Of a DNA stretch of 17,961 nt, positions 17,830 to 17,961 are shown one piece after another. Both the position numbers and the translations under genes were made by a program. The number at the start of each line of letters is the position of its first letter. Position 1 is the stretch's first letter. Location: positions 1 to 17,961 of the forward strand of contig JBBIUB010000019.1 in assembly GCA_037440465.1 (NCBI GenBank), given 5' to 3'. The notes under the pieces were generated by a model, which saw only the letters and a program-made list of their open reading frames with translations, searched no databases and was not told the DNA's origin. The stretch is from Coprothermobacterota bacterium (GTDB lineage Bacteria > Coprothermobacterota > HKB111).

Positions 17830-17961
17830 TGCATAAATTTTTATAATTACGAGATGGTCGTTCTTCCTCTTCTGGTTTTTCTATTCCTAATTCCTTGGAT
17901 AATTTAGCCCAAGCTCTTTGCTGAAATGGGAGTCCATTTTTCTATTCTCTAAACTCCATAG
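17816..17961 (-). pseudogene. Possible 3' end or remnant of a convergent unknown gene
   Basis: Minus frame from 17959 reads MEFRE*KNGLPFQQRAWAKLSKELGIEKPEEEERPSRNYKNLCNPDD*; a second frame is open from the edge to TAG at 17887. The minus strand is purine-rich like the coding strands here. Cut by the window edge. Confidence 0.3.

Noticed and set aside
17563..17836. ORFs 17600..17836 (+) and 17563..17763 (-)
   Set aside because: Both overlap truA and run through the heptamer repeat; the His/Thr/Ser-rich translation is explained by the repeat.
17942..17944. TAG recoding or pyrrolysine readthrough
   Set aside because: TAG ends 15 conserved genes here at or near their expected C-termini; one TAG in an unverified fragment is not evidence.
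17732..17961. CRISPR array
   Set aside because: No conserved repeat of about 23-47 nt with unique spacers and no cas genes; only heptamers and one 11-nt pair.

Overview
AT-rich bacterial housekeeping window: one unbroken + strand super-operon running from the 3' end of tuf through the S10, spc and alpha ribosomal clusters (with secY, adk, map, infA, rpoA), then an ECF transporter module (ecfA1, ecfA2, ecfT) and truA. One real gene, rpmJ (11692..11808), is missing from the ORF track. I cannot demonstrate a new biological system here. The leads that stand out are: rpmD (uL30) is cleanly absent from its usual slot; both ECF ATPases lack the H-loop histidine; the RNA polymerase alpha CTD has altered DNA-binding residues; truA is eroded and clipped; and a degenerate 7-nt-phased tandem repeat follows truA, where rplM-rpsI often lies, next to a possible broken convergent ORF at the window edge. 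All family assignments are by motif recognition, with no database searches.
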